Source: an uncultured Candidatus Sericytochromatia bacterium
GTDB lineage: Bacteria > Cyanobacteriota > Sericytochromatia > UBA7694
DNA length: 47,122 nucleotides
Assembly: GCA_964598905.1 (NCBI GenBank)
Contig: CAZRFI010000001.1
Location: 24,341 to 71,462 of the forward strand
Reading direction: 5' to 3'
The notes under the pieces were generated by a model. It saw only the letters and a list, made by a program, of their open reading frames with translations. It was not told the origin of the DNA and ran no database searches. Below are positions 19,501 to 27,636 of the stretch, one piece after another; positions within the stretch are counted from its first letter, which is position 1; each line of letters starts with the position of its first letter. The translations under genes were made by a program, and so were the position numbers.

Positions 19501-19588
19501 CCATGTCGACGACCTCAAATCACTTTTTCCGACCCGGATCGAAGTGCAAAAATATCCAGAAGGCTCACGCATACAGCTTTTGCAATAG
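16565..19588 (+). CDS. sbcC: SbcC/Rad50-family ATPase
   Basis: 1007 aa. Walker A is GPNGSGKSSILDA. The Q-loop region is FILQGQADVF. About 700 aa are coiled coil, with a CxxC zinc hook (CPLC, 18074-18085). The signature-like motif is FSAGE (19301-19315), Walker B is LVIDEGFG and the H-loop is ITHV. It starts 14 nt after the kinase stop. Confidence 0.85.
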   Translation: MIPLTLEARNFMAYEHLALDFTPFQIACLSGPNGSGKSSILDAMTWALFEKSRANFSEEVIRLGAQEVQVQFSFELEGQTYRILRSKQRGSGKSSGKAALEFQVKADDGYRSLTGKSVTKTQQEIIHTLHMDYGLFINSSFILQGQADVFTTSSAKERKEVLADILNLKQYDLLQDKAKAKRNQYLLDKQQIQGQINQIESQLSSELFLKDQHLSLKEEYQTLNEALRSQLRAQTELETEKQQLSQARLQLEHVQNRQQQLTVELQKKEIDSLAQSQEKARIQKLIDQQEAIAQGYQHLQSLIEKQDQFESLYADYLKQQETLRAAQNEWVKLKHLKEKELQQAQNNWQNLVKEEKQWQHILAERETIEKDWQDLQSCQAEVNSLDEKARVYRNLEKALWEQTQKTKAFSDDKTAESQRLRAQIAEDRLQLAQTQTLAETISKLETDLEKLDQLQSELEQVTAKGQSCKHLSQSLAEKMAALQESQTEIREKTRKMQNHAEDHCPLCERLLSQDDVVLLLNKYQLELEKSNQVQQTLERERSENETLAANCRQDFVRLTRELKHKDALLQKLAQARLEAEKLQALQQLLLEREAALNIAEHWQDSLAWQVEQTALEELKEQIERIQYIEAVHDKCLTELRNRQSAAVRHHELLNAQEAMQSLLPRLKAAQTETEKLAEAFHTQAFGRDILMKISDLESHLKPLAHLPETINQNKAELQRLRVYQQKWEALKAGQESWDQLLFQEKRLQADLRNLHSEAQSLATQMAELPSLNARLEANFTQLTPLLSALSTTQNRERELHARLFSLEKELSALSEQKVELLANQSQFQTLEKEHRLYAELVDIFGQKGIQAVVIENALPEIEQSANDLLSQMTEGRMHLKFQTLKSLKSRDALSETLDIFISDELGTRSYETFSAGEAFRVNFAIRLAISRTLARRAGAKLQTLVIDEGFGSQDTQGKSRLVEAINAVSNLYACILVITHVDDLKSLFPTRIEVQKYPEGSRIQLLQ

Positions 19589-19590
19589 CC

Positions 19591-21216
19591 TCAGGGCAGC
19601 ACTTCTAGGTTCCAATTATTGTAAAAGGTAAATTGATAAGCGTTGTTTACAGGTGGGTCAGACAGGCCCACCCGAATATTTTGTTTGCCTACCTGAGAAA
19701 AAGTCACAGGGATATCAAAGGCTGTGGTTTTAGCCAAATCCAAAGGGCTGCCTTGAATCGCGCCATTGACAAAAATGCCTGCTGCGCCTACGTTTTTGAG
19801 TGATTTCCCTTTAATATGGATTGTCTCCCCCAGCTTAACTTTGGCCGGTAGTGTCTCTAACTCAAACCGGCGCACAAAAAAGTTTTGGGTGATATATAAA
19901 AATCCATCAGGAGAAGCGGCAATCCCCAAACCGACATGGGTCCAGTCGGGCTTGAGCATCGTCTTGCGGTGCCCTGGACTACTCATTAGCTCTTTTTGGG
20001 AATTTTCGAGACTGCGGCTGATAGCGATATTTTGGGCCACCAATTCAGAGACACCAAAGAGATTGGCCTGCATTTGGGGGGTGCCTACAATGGGTGAATT
20101 GTGGCCAATATACCCCTGAGCAATCATTTCTTCGGAATGGGACTGAGACGCTTTGTCCAATTGGGTCTCCGCGAGCACGACCGCCTCGCCCATTGCTTGA
20201 CGATCTTGGTTGATCAACGCCAGGAGACGGCTGCGCAATTGATCCAACGCTGGCAAAGGGGTGGGAGAGGGAATTGGCGCGTTATCGGGTTGAGGGTAAG
20301 GAACACCCACCGCCAAGACAAAATTCGTGGCAGGTTGCGGACCCAAGGGGCCAATAACGTTGATTTCAAAGCTGTAATAGCCCTTACTTTTGAGACTTAA
20401 AGGCAACTCAAAGGAATTGCCACTCGCGGTGAGCTTCAGCTCCTCAATTGTGCCGTCAGGCAAGGTAACCAACCCTTCGGGCTGACTGTAGCTTTCGTTG
20501 AGTAACTGGCCTTTAATTTGCAAATTTTGTGGCCCGGAATAGATCAGGGGCATTTGATCGAGGCCAATAATTTCAGTTAGCAGCACCAGGCTGATAAACC
20601 AAGCTGAATCTTTGCGCAGCACCTCAACCCCATAATGGGTATAGGGTAAAACCCCCAGAGAGTCTGAAACCTGTTGTTGAAAACGCTGCAAAAGGCGCTC
20701 ACGGTTGGAGTCTGAGAAATAAGCGCTTAAGAGATTGTCTGAAGGGTATTTGCCCCGACTCAAAATCAGGGTTTGCAGGCCAGATGCCGCCACAGGCTCA
20801 TAATTTGCCTGCACTTTGAAATTCGTATCCTTGGGGTTCAAGGCAATTTGCAAGGCATGTTGCCGCGTAATTTCACTCACCACAGGTTCTTCTTTGACAT
20901 TTGGTAATAGTTGCGCCAAAATGTTGACAATATCCTGGCGAAAACTGGCATCGGCACTGACTTCAGACGGTAATTTGACTGGACCTGGGTTCGGGGGATT
21001 GCTGCTGGCGTTTGGCATGGGTTGAGACGGGCTTGAGACAGGCCCCACAGGTGGGACGGATGCAGTTCCAGAGGTTTGCACCTGGGGTGTGGCAGAGGCT
21101 GAAGGCAGAGTACTGCTGGGACGGGTTTGATTCGTGGATTGATTGGCGGGTTGGCAAGCAATGAAAGTCAAACTTAAAAACGCCCCAACACCGGCTCCCG
21201 AAAGGATCTTATTCAT
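19591..21216 (-). CDS. Lipoprotein with C-terminal-half CAP/SCP (PR-1-like, YkwD-type) domain
   Basis: 541 aa with a signal peptide and lipobox (LTFIAC), then a Ser/Pro-rich linker. CAP-domain motifs are LINQDR..SQSHSEEM..GYIGHNSP..MSSPGHRKTML..WTHVGLGIA. Confidence 0.8.
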   Translation of the reverse strand: MNKILSGAGVGAFLSLTFIACQPANQSTNQTRPSSTLPSASATPQVQTSGTASVPPVGPVSSPSQPMPNASSNPPNPGPVKLPSEVSADASFRQDIVNILAQLLPNVKEEPVVSEITRQHALQIALNPKDTNFKVQANYEPVAASGLQTLILSRGKYPSDNLLSAYFSDSNRERLLQRFQQQVSDSLGVLPYTHYGVEVLRKDSAWFISLVLLTEIIGLDQMPLIYSGPQNLQIKGQLLNESYSQPEGLVTLPDGTIEELKLTASGNSFELPLSLKSKGYYSFEINVIGPLGPQPATNFVLAVGVPYPQPDNAPIPSPTPLPALDQLRSRLLALINQDRQAMGEAVVLAETQLDKASQSHSEEMIAQGYIGHNSPIVGTPQMQANLFGVSELVAQNIAISRSLENSQKELMSSPGHRKTMLKPDWTHVGLGIAASPDGFLYITQNFFVRRFELETLPAKVKLGETIHIKGKSLKNVGAAGIFVNGAIQGSPLDLAKTTAFDIPVTFSQVGKQNIRVGLSDPPVNNAYQFTFYNNWNLEVLP

Positions 21217-21228
21217 GCGTTACCCTCT

Positions 21229-24200
21229 TTAAGTTAATGCAATATGGTTAAATGGGCTTGCGACTTCGCACCTTGCAGGTTCAATGACAGCTGCGCGCAC
21301 ACTCACCCATTGCTGCAATTTATGAAAAATAAATGGACAAAGGGGAGCAAATGCAGCCTCATAATCGTTTAAAACTGCGTTGACCACAGGTACCGCACTG
21401 CTCAAATCTGGGCCACGGCGGTGTTCTATCACCCGATTGATATAATCGATTAAAGTTTTGACCGCTAAGACCAAAAGATGTCCCACTTCAGAAAAATGAT
21501 TCAGACCATAAGCCAAAACGGCCTGTTCTAGCCAAGCACTGGCTTGAGCCATGATTGCCTGATCTTCGGCCTGCCAGGATTCACACAACAGCCCTTCAAA
21601 GGACTGCCGGGGTGCCAATTGGAAAAAGCCACTGACTTTGGTATTTAATGCGTGCAAAGTCTTGCGGGCCATTCGCAGCCGATCCTCTGACAGCATTGCC
21701 ACCTCTGGAGAATGGGAGGTCAATGAAAAAACATATCCCAATCGCAGAGCGTCGGCCCCAAAACGCCGGATCAGGGTCACGGGTTCCACCACATTGCCCA
21801 AACGGTATTTCATCGGACGTTTGACCATGCGTTGTACAAATCTCTCTTCGTCAAAGGCCCCCTGTTCAGAGGTCTCAATTCCCGATTGCGGGAGCAACAT
21901 CCGTTCCATGACATGCAAGGTTCCGTGCACGTGAATATGTTTAAACAGAGGACGACCGCTGACAATTACTCCGACCAAGAGCGAGGGAACGATCCAACGA
22001 AAGAGCCATTCTGCATCGACAAAGACCTCATCGATGGGCTCTGGTTTCGGATTGTTGGGCCAACCTGCCCCCTGCAAAGCCCAGGCCGCCATCGAAAACC
22101 AAGTCGAAAAGACGTTCTCGCTATTGTTGATCGGATTGCCCCACCAATATTGGCGCGATATACACCAAACAGAGAGCCGGGAGAGTATTTTTAACATGCG
22201 TTCTTTCCAAAGTGGCGCACTGAATGTGACTTCATCTTCGCTAATACTGCGATAGAGTAAGCGCACAGCCTCTTCGATTCTCACAAAAAGCTGAGTACTG
22301 TATCTGGGAATCACACTCACACCAGAACGGGAACAATAGAGGGCCTCTACTGACCAATCGCCCGTTTCTGTGCGAACTTGAGCCTGTAACTGAGCGAGGA
22401 TTTTCTCCCGCGTTTCATTGACACTGAGCTTTTCATATCCAGGTGCAGAAACACGGCCATCAGCATCAAAGAGTTGCACTTCGGGAAAAATTTGCCATTC
22501 ACGGGCCAAGCGTTCGTGGTATTTTCGTGCCAGCGGCACAATAAATTCCAGATCATTCTCAAGCTCCAGTGAAGAAATGACAGGAATTGTGTGAGCATAA
22601 ATGGGGTGTTTAATTTCTTGACCAGCCCAATGGGCATAAGGCCCTTCGTCATGCACGCCCAGAGCCACCACACCCGGCAGATATTCGGGAAAGTAAAATG
22701 CCACCTCGGCTGGACTGTGATCGACATTCAGTACGGTCAGAAAATACCGTGCCCGAACTCGGTGGGTTCCCCGGCGCAAATCCGAAGCCACCAATACCGA
22801 CGACGAAGCAGGACTGTGGTAGGCAATGCACTCCTGATCATAAGTCAATCCGGCCTTGAAGAGATATTCAAACAGAGCATCAACGCTTTCACGGCCAGCG
22901 TCGCGAATCGGGCTCTGCCACAAATCAGGGTCAAAACCCGCACCGGTTTGTTGCAATTGTTCGCGCACAAGTGCTTCATGGCGAAAATAATGGTCACGGC
23001 AGAGGGAGAAAAACTCGGCACGGCCCAATTCTTCGCGGGTATAAGGCGAATTGCGCTCAACCGCCAATTGCAATGCCAAGCCCCCATGTTCACTGCCAAT
23101 TACCCGCCGGGGGGTGAATTGGTGGTGTCTGTGCAAGGCCCGAGATTTTATATCCAATAATACGGAAGACATAATTCCACCCAGATCTGGAGCTGAAGCT
23201 GTATTTATGGGTGTGGCGGCCAAAACAGGCGATTTACCCCCATAGAAGCGCTCTCTCTCCCAAAGCAAGCGAAGGGGCGGCTCATCCAAAGTGGGTACAA
23301 ATGCAGGTTCAAATTCTGCCTTTTTTTTGAATTTGGGTTTGGCATTGGCCCAGTCCGAGATCACAAGATGATCGATGAGGCGGCGGCCACGGTGCCCCAA
23401 AAGGGGATGTAATTCACAGGCCGCCATATCTGCCAAATCGTTGGCAGCTTGGGTTGGGGTGCAGTGGCGACTATTGGCATAGTTGAACACGCGGAGTGTA
23501 TCTGGAAAGACCCGCTCTGCAGCCAATTGAACGTCTTCAGCCAGATAGCCCTGCCATTCATCGGCACAGTTAACAATCCCCATGCGGTTGCAGATAAAGT
23601 CTGGAACAAAGCCAATATTCCGCTGTCTTAAGCGTTCAGCATCAGCCTCTGGCTCACGCAAAATATTATTGGCAGCCCCGCAAACCAACTTCACTTTGAG
23701 TCGGGGAATGGTATCAACATTGACTTGGGCCCCAATTGCACAGGGAGCAAAGACATCGGCATCGGCATCAAAGATCGCTTCAGGGGGATTAATGACCTGC
23801 AAATGAGAGCGCTCAGACAGCATTTCTTGTAGCGAGGTGGCGTTCACATCGGCAATCATCACCTCAGCCCCCAGATCATCCAAGGCCCGGATCAAAGGCG
23901 CTCCCACATTTCCCGTGCCCTGCACGGCCACACGTACGCCCCGCAAATCATCGCTGCCAGCAATCGAGAGCCAAGCGGCCTGCATCGCCCGTAACACGCC
24001 TCTGGCCGTAAATGGCGAAGGATTGCCACTGCCGCCGCGTTCGGGAGGGATACAGGTTGTAAAGCGATTCTGACTTAAGAGAGCCGTCATGTCCTGGGTA
24101 TTGGTGCCAACATCTTCAGCGGTATAATAGACCCCACCCAAAGAGGCCACAAATCGCCCATAGGCCTCAAAACATGCTGCTCTTTCGGGACTTGGCTCAA

Positions 24201-24660
24201 ATTCACGCGGGTGTGAAAAGCGGGAAGGAAGAGTCATAATCCCTTTGCCTCCACCCCAATGCAGGCCAGCCAAGGCATTTTTACGTGTCATGCCTTGGGA
24301 AAGCCGCAAACCATCCACCAACAATTCAGCCAAATTCAAATAGCGGGTAAAGCGAAGACCACCTTGAGCCAAACCCCGCCGGGTATCATGCACAAAGGCA
24401 AAAAAGAGCGAATCGATGCCTGCTTCCCTCCCGATAAAGACCCCCTCATGACTTGAAAAATCTTGAGAGAGTTCAAAAAAGGCCTGCAAGGGCTGCAAGA
24501 GTGTGGGATGTGAGAGCCGAAAAGCGCCGTTTTCATAGACCAAATAGGCCCGTGTTACATCCGCCGCTTCAAGCTGATTTAAAAAATCTTCCAAGCTCCA
24601 CTGGCGACAGAGACGGGCTTGAGACTGGCGCAGGGAGGCAGAGCGATCGCGTTTGTGCAT
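21229..24660 (-). CDS. Fusion protein: Leu/Val/Phe-type amino-acid dehydrogenase (N) + ValRS-like class I aaRS body with degenerate catalytic motifs (C)
   Basis: 1143 aa. Res ~60-420 are collinear with LeuDH (GGLRF, MTRKNALAG, GGGKG catalytic Lys, YTAEDVGT, SGNPSPFTA, NAD fold VQGTGNVG, GAANN). Res ~455-1143 are collinear with ValRS (FEYLFKAGLTY, WCISRQYWWG, STWFSM, LGNVVEP..FGADALR, anticodon-binding helices). However, HIGH is replaced by DLGG and KMSKS by PMKYR. Confidence 0.85.
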   Translation of the reverse strand: MHKRDRSASLRQSQARLCRQWSLEDFLNQLEAADVTRAYLVYENGAFRLSHPTLLQPLQAFFELSQDFSSHEGVFIGREAGIDSLFFAFVHDTRRGLAQGGLRFTRYLNLAELLVDGLRLSQGMTRKNALAGLHWGGGKGIMTLPSRFSHPREFEPSPERAACFEAYGRFVASLGGVYYTAEDVGTNTQDMTALLSQNRFTTCIPPERGGSGNPSPFTARGVLRAMQAAWLSIAGSDDLRGVRVAVQGTGNVGAPLIRALDDLGAEVMIADVNATSLQEMLSERSHLQVINPPEAIFDADADVFAPCAIGAQVNVDTIPRLKVKLVCGAANNILREPEADAERLRQRNIGFVPDFICNRMGIVNCADEWQGYLAEDVQLAAERVFPDTLRVFNYANSRHCTPTQAANDLADMAACELHPLLGHRGRRLIDHLVISDWANAKPKFKKKAEFEPAFVPTLDEPPLRLLWERERFYGGKSPVLAATPINTASAPDLGGIMSSVLLDIKSRALHRHHQFTPRRVIGSEHGGLALQLAVERNSPYTREELGRAEFFSLCRDHYFRHEALVREQLQQTGAGFDPDLWQSPIRDAGRESVDALFEYLFKAGLTYDQECIAYHSPASSSVLVASDLRRGTHRVRARYFLTVLNVDHSPAEVAFYFPEYLPGVVALGVHDEGPYAHWAGQEIKHPIYAHTIPVISSLELENDLEFIVPLARKYHERLAREWQIFPEVQLFDADGRVSAPGYEKLSVNETREKILAQLQAQVRTETGDWSVEALYCSRSGVSVIPRYSTQLFVRIEEAVRLLYRSISEDEVTFSAPLWKERMLKILSRLSVWCISRQYWWGNPINNSENVFSTWFSMAAWALQGAGWPNNPKPEPIDEVFVDAEWLFRWIVPSLLVGVIVSGRPLFKHIHVHGTLHVMERMLLPQSGIETSEQGAFDEERFVQRMVKRPMKYRLGNVVEPVTLIRRFGADALRLGYVFSLTSHSPEVAMLSEDRLRMARKTLHALNTKVSGFFQLAPRQSFEGLLCESWQAEDQAIMAQASAWLEQAVLAYGLNHFSEVGHLLVLAVKTLIDYINRVIEHRRGPDLSSAVPVVNAVLNDYEAAFAPLCPFIFHKLQQWVSVRAAVIEPARCEVASPFNHIALT

Positions 24661-24675
24661 GGGCGCTTTCTAAGA

Positions 24676-25266
24676 TTAATGGTGATGGGGAGCCGCAGGG
24701 CGATAATAGGGATTGTCTCCCTCAGCATGGTTGGTGGTATCTATGACGTGTTTGATCTCAGGAATGGTCTCAAGAATGGCTTTTTCAACGCCCTGTTTAA
24801 GAGTCACACTGGCCATACCACAGCCCTGACAGCCTCCCCCAAAATGGACAAAAACCTTGTCTTCTTTGAGTTCGAGCAATTCAAGATAGCCCCCATGGCT
24901 GGCCAATGAGGGGTTGATCTGGGTATCAATTAATTCTTGTACCTGTTGTTCGAGCGGATGTCCCCAACTGGGCAGATTGGGGTTGTTAACTTTAAAGCCC
25001 CCACCGTACATATCGTCGACAAATTCAATCCGCGCCCCTTCGATATTTTTGGCTGTTTTGGGGTCGAGCAATATCCGCAATTCACCGGAGGTGACTTCCA
25101 GATCTTCGGGTTTTTCGTGACCGGGGTCAACCAAGGAAAGCGCATGTTGATAACCTTGAGCGCTGCGGCCCGTAATCCGGATACGCAAGGCGCTCATGCT
25201 TTTGGATTCCTCTTGTAACATACTGGCAATTTTTTCTTTGGCATTGTCTTCAATGGTAATTTGCAT
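24676..25266 (-). CDS. nfuA: Fe-S cluster carrier NfuA-type protein (degenerate A-type N domain + Nfu C domain)
   Basis: The C-terminal Nfu motif is GGCQGCGMASVTLKQGVE and the N-terminal domain is HesB/IscA-like. The start is set at M4 (ATG 25266), which has better GGAG spacing and aligns with the E. coli NfuA N-terminus. The ORF track starts at 25275. Confidence 0.85.
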   Translation of the reverse strand: MQITIEDNAKEKIASMLQEESKSMSALRIRITGRSAQGYQHALSLVDPGHEKPEDLEVTSGELRILLDPKTAKNIEGARIEFVDDMYGGGFKVNNPNLPSWGHPLEQQVQELIDTQINPSLASHGGYLELLELKEDKVFVHFGGGCQGCGMASVTLKQGVEKAILETIPEIKHVIDTTNHAEGDNPYYRPAAPHHH

Positions 25267-25321
25267 ATGGCTCATTTCTCCTGCCAGATTTGAACTGGCT
25301 ATATAGATAACTCATCATTGC

Positions 25322-25350
25322 AGTATACCTCTGCTTTTTTGCTTTTTGAA
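25322..25350 (-). promoter_or_regulatory. Candidate sigma70 promoter for the nfuA operon
   Basis: On the minus strand: TTCAAA, a 17-nt spacer, then TATACT, about 55 nt upstream of the nfuA start. Confidence 0.4.
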
Positions 25351-25397
25351 GGCATTCAAATTGACCCTGTGCGACAGGCAGCGGCCAACCCGTCCCC

Positions 25398-25426
25398 TTG
25401 AAATTTGCCCCAGACTGAGCTAGTAT
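25398..25426 (+). promoter_or_regulatory. Candidate sigma70 promoter for the 171-aa secreted-protein gene
   Basis: TTGAAA (25398-25403), a 17-nt spacer, then TAGTAT (25421-25426), 45 nt upstream of ATG 25472. Confidence 0.45.
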
Positions 25427-25471
25427 TCTGGCAATGCTTCTGATCTTGAGTGCTTTACAAAGGTAAAAACC

Positions 25472-25987
25472 ATGTGCAAACGCCTTCTGACCGCCCTGGC
25501 TATATTGCTATTGAGTTTAAATTCGCCTGTGTTTGCAACTGAATTGCCGCCATCAAGTGAAACAATGGTGGCAGATTTGATCAGCTTGGGGTATCAGTGT
25601 AAGGCCCAAAAAGCGGGAGATGAAGCCTATATCACCATCACCCATGAGCAAGATGATCTTTGGGATTTTGTAATGATCCCCTCGGGCAAAGGGCTGATTT
25701 TCAGCCTCAACTTTAAACTTAAACCAGAAAGCCTCAAAGACCGGCTTAAACTCTATGAAGAAATCAACGCAACCAACGCCGACAAGGTCAAAATGACACA
25801 GGTTTTTATTTACAGACACCGCAATGGCAACGAGTATCTGATGGTCAATGCCTGGACGCCTGATGCCTATGACAAAGCCGCCTTTGCCGCCTTTGTCTTG
25901 CAATGGCAAGAAGACAGCCACAATGCAGCCCTCAGCTTGCGCGATCATTTTGAAGCCCGCCCAGTTAAACCCCAACCAACGCCCTAA
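25472..25987 (+). CDS. Secreted hypothetical protein (possibly YbjN-like fold)
   Basis: 171-aa ORF with a cleavable signal peptide (..LNSPVFA/TE). No catalytic motifs. The fold suggestion is weak. Confidence 0.55.
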   Translation: MCKRLLTALAILLLSLNSPVFATELPPSSETMVADLISLGYQCKAQKAGDEAYITITHEQDDLWDFVMIPSGKGLIFSLNFKLKPESLKDRLKLYEEINATNADKVKMTQVFIYRHRNGNEYLMVNAWTPDAYDKAAFAAFVLQWQEDSHNAALSLRDHFEARPVKPQPTP

Positions 25988-26000
25988 CGCCCCTCTCGTT

Positions 26001-27224
26001 CTATCGCTCTGGCCAGGTCAGAGCCAAAACGGCCAAAGCGGCAGCTCCCACAGGCAGTGCCGCTTCGTCGATATCGAAATGGGAATTGTGTAGGCCAGGG
26101 ATTTTGGCTTTTTCAGGTGAGCGCACACCCAATCGCAAAAAAGTGCCAGGAATGGCCTGCAAATACGCACCAAAATCTTCTCCTCCCATGCTCGGTTCGG
26201 GCAATAAGTGCACGTGCTCTGGGCCCAATAATTGGCCGAGTGTTTTAAAGGCAAAGGCGGTGGTGTCTGGATGATTGACCACAGGGGCAGTGCCGTACTG
26301 GTAGTTCAACTCAAAACTGCCACCATTGGCACCTGTGACCCCCTGTAACAGGTCTTCAATCCAACGCGGAAACTGTTCCCGCAATTGGGGACAGAGTGTG
26401 CGCACAGTTCCTCCGAGAGTGACCGCTTCGGGAATCACATTTTCAGCGGCCCCGCCCTGGATAAAACCAATTGTCAGAACAGCCGGTTGAAAGGGATCCA
26501 CCCGACGACTGACCAATTGGTGTAAAGCATTGACAGCTTGAGCTGCCATTAAAATGGGATCAATCGAATGGTGGGGCCGAGCAGCATGGCTGCCTTTGCC
26601 CTTGAGGGTGATCTGAAATACATCTGCCGAGGCCATCATCGGTCCGGGTCGGGTGGCCATCGTGCCAATCGGCAAATCGGGATAGACATGCAGCCCAAAA
26701 ATAGCCTCGACAGGCGGATTGGCCAATACACCCGCTTGAATCAAATGGCTGGCCCCCAAACAATCTGAGCGCTCTTCAGCAGGCTGAAATATCAGGCGAA
26801 TCTGCCCCTTGATCTGACTGCGCCGCTCCCAGAGTAATTGGGCAGCGCCCAATAATACGGATGTATGCACATCGTGGCCACAGGCGTGCATGACCCCTGG
26901 ATGTTGGGAAACATAAGGCACATGATTGCCTTCTTGAATCGGCAAGGCGTCAAGGTCAGCCCGCAGAGCCACCACAGGGCCAGGTAAGTCGCCTTGAATG
27001 GTGGCAATGACTGCAGCTGTTTGGGCGTATTCAGAGACAATCTCAGTTAGGCCGATCTTGGCCAAAACCTGAGCCACAAATTTGCCAGTTTCCACTTCTT
27101 CGCCACTGAGTTCGGGAAAAGCGTGTATGTGGCGTCGCCATTCACACAGACCCGGCCGAAGGGCCTGGGCATCTGCCCATAATTCAGGGTAATTCAGGCA
27201 ATTGCCAGGTACTGCGATTTCCAT
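26001..27224 (-). CDS. M20D-family amidohydrolase (N-acyl-amino-acid / hippurate hydrolase type)
   Basis: Motifs are RRHIHAFPELSGEE, MHACGHDVH and FQPAEE. The start is set at ATG 27224 (M7 of the track ORF, AAAGG RBS). The track start at 27242 is a TTG that overlaps the upstream gene. Confidence 0.88.
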   Translation of the reverse strand: MEIAVPGNCLNYPELWADAQALRPGLCEWRRHIHAFPELSGEEVETGKFVAQVLAKIGLTEIVSEYAQTAAVIATIQGDLPGPVVALRADLDALPIQEGNHVPYVSQHPGVMHACGHDVHTSVLLGAAQLLWERRSQIKGQIRLIFQPAEERSDCLGASHLIQAGVLANPPVEAIFGLHVYPDLPIGTMATRPGPMMASADVFQITLKGKGSHAARPHHSIDPILMAAQAVNALHQLVSRRVDPFQPAVLTIGFIQGGAAENVIPEAVTLGGTVRTLCPQLREQFPRWIEDLLQGVTGANGGSFELNYQYGTAPVVNHPDTTAFAFKTLGQLLGPEHVHLLPEPSMGGEDFGAYLQAIPGTFLRLGVRSPEKAKIPGLHNSHFDIDEAALPVGAAALAVLALTWPER

Positions 27225-27228
27225 GGCA

Positions 27229-27636
27229 TCAGGCCTTTTCAAACTCAGCCCGGATACCTTCCAAGCGGCGCAAATTGGTCCCCCAATCGTTATAGCCGAT
27301 CCGGGAAGCGGAGCGCATGTGAATCAAGCCATCGGTCTTGGGGAAATAAAATTCAACATCATCGGTAAATTTGAAGACTTTGGTTCGGCATTGGTAATAG
27401 AGGTAGTGATCTTCAGCTTTGATCAGATGGGTCAAGGGCAGGGCTTTGAGCACAGCCATCAATTTGGTTCTTGCTGTTTCACGGCTACAGGTATATGTTA
27501 AGGGCGCGACATAATAAGTGGTATTTTGGGGATCCGCCATCGATGAGCGGCAATTGGGTGTTTTCGAGAGGGGTTGAAATTGATCCTGGTTCATTCCGAC
27601 TTTGGGGGCCATAAACGATTCCTTTTTCTCTATCAT
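27229..27636 (-). CDS. DUF1499-family protein
   Basis: The C-terminal pattern FTDDVEFYF..IHMRSASRIGYNDWGTNLRRLE is typical of DUF1499. The start is set at ATG 27636 (M36 of the track ORF) because the first 35 codons are Arg/His-rich and look non-coding. Confidence 0.7.
   Translation of the reverse strand: MIEKKESFMAPKVGMNQDQFQPLSKTPNCRSSMADPQNTTYYVAPLTYTCSRETARTKLMAVLKALPLTHLIKAEDHYLYYQCRTKVFKFTDDVEFYFPKTDGLIHMRSASRIGYNDWGTNLRRLEGIRAEFEKA

Noticed and set aside
16565-19588. Reading the SMC-like ATPase as a Lamassu/Wadjet/Gabija-type defence ATPase.
   Set aside because: It has the full canonical SbcC layout (N-terminal Walker A, about 700-aa coiled coil with CxxC hook, C-terminal Walker B/H-loop) and no adjacent effector nuclease or kleisin-like genes. 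It is kept only as a low-probability alternative in the kinase-sbcC finding.
24676-24690. C-terminal ...APHHH tail of NfuA, resembling a short His tag.
   Set aside because: It is only three His residues. Natural His-rich termini occur in metal-handling proteins, and there are no vector-like flanks.
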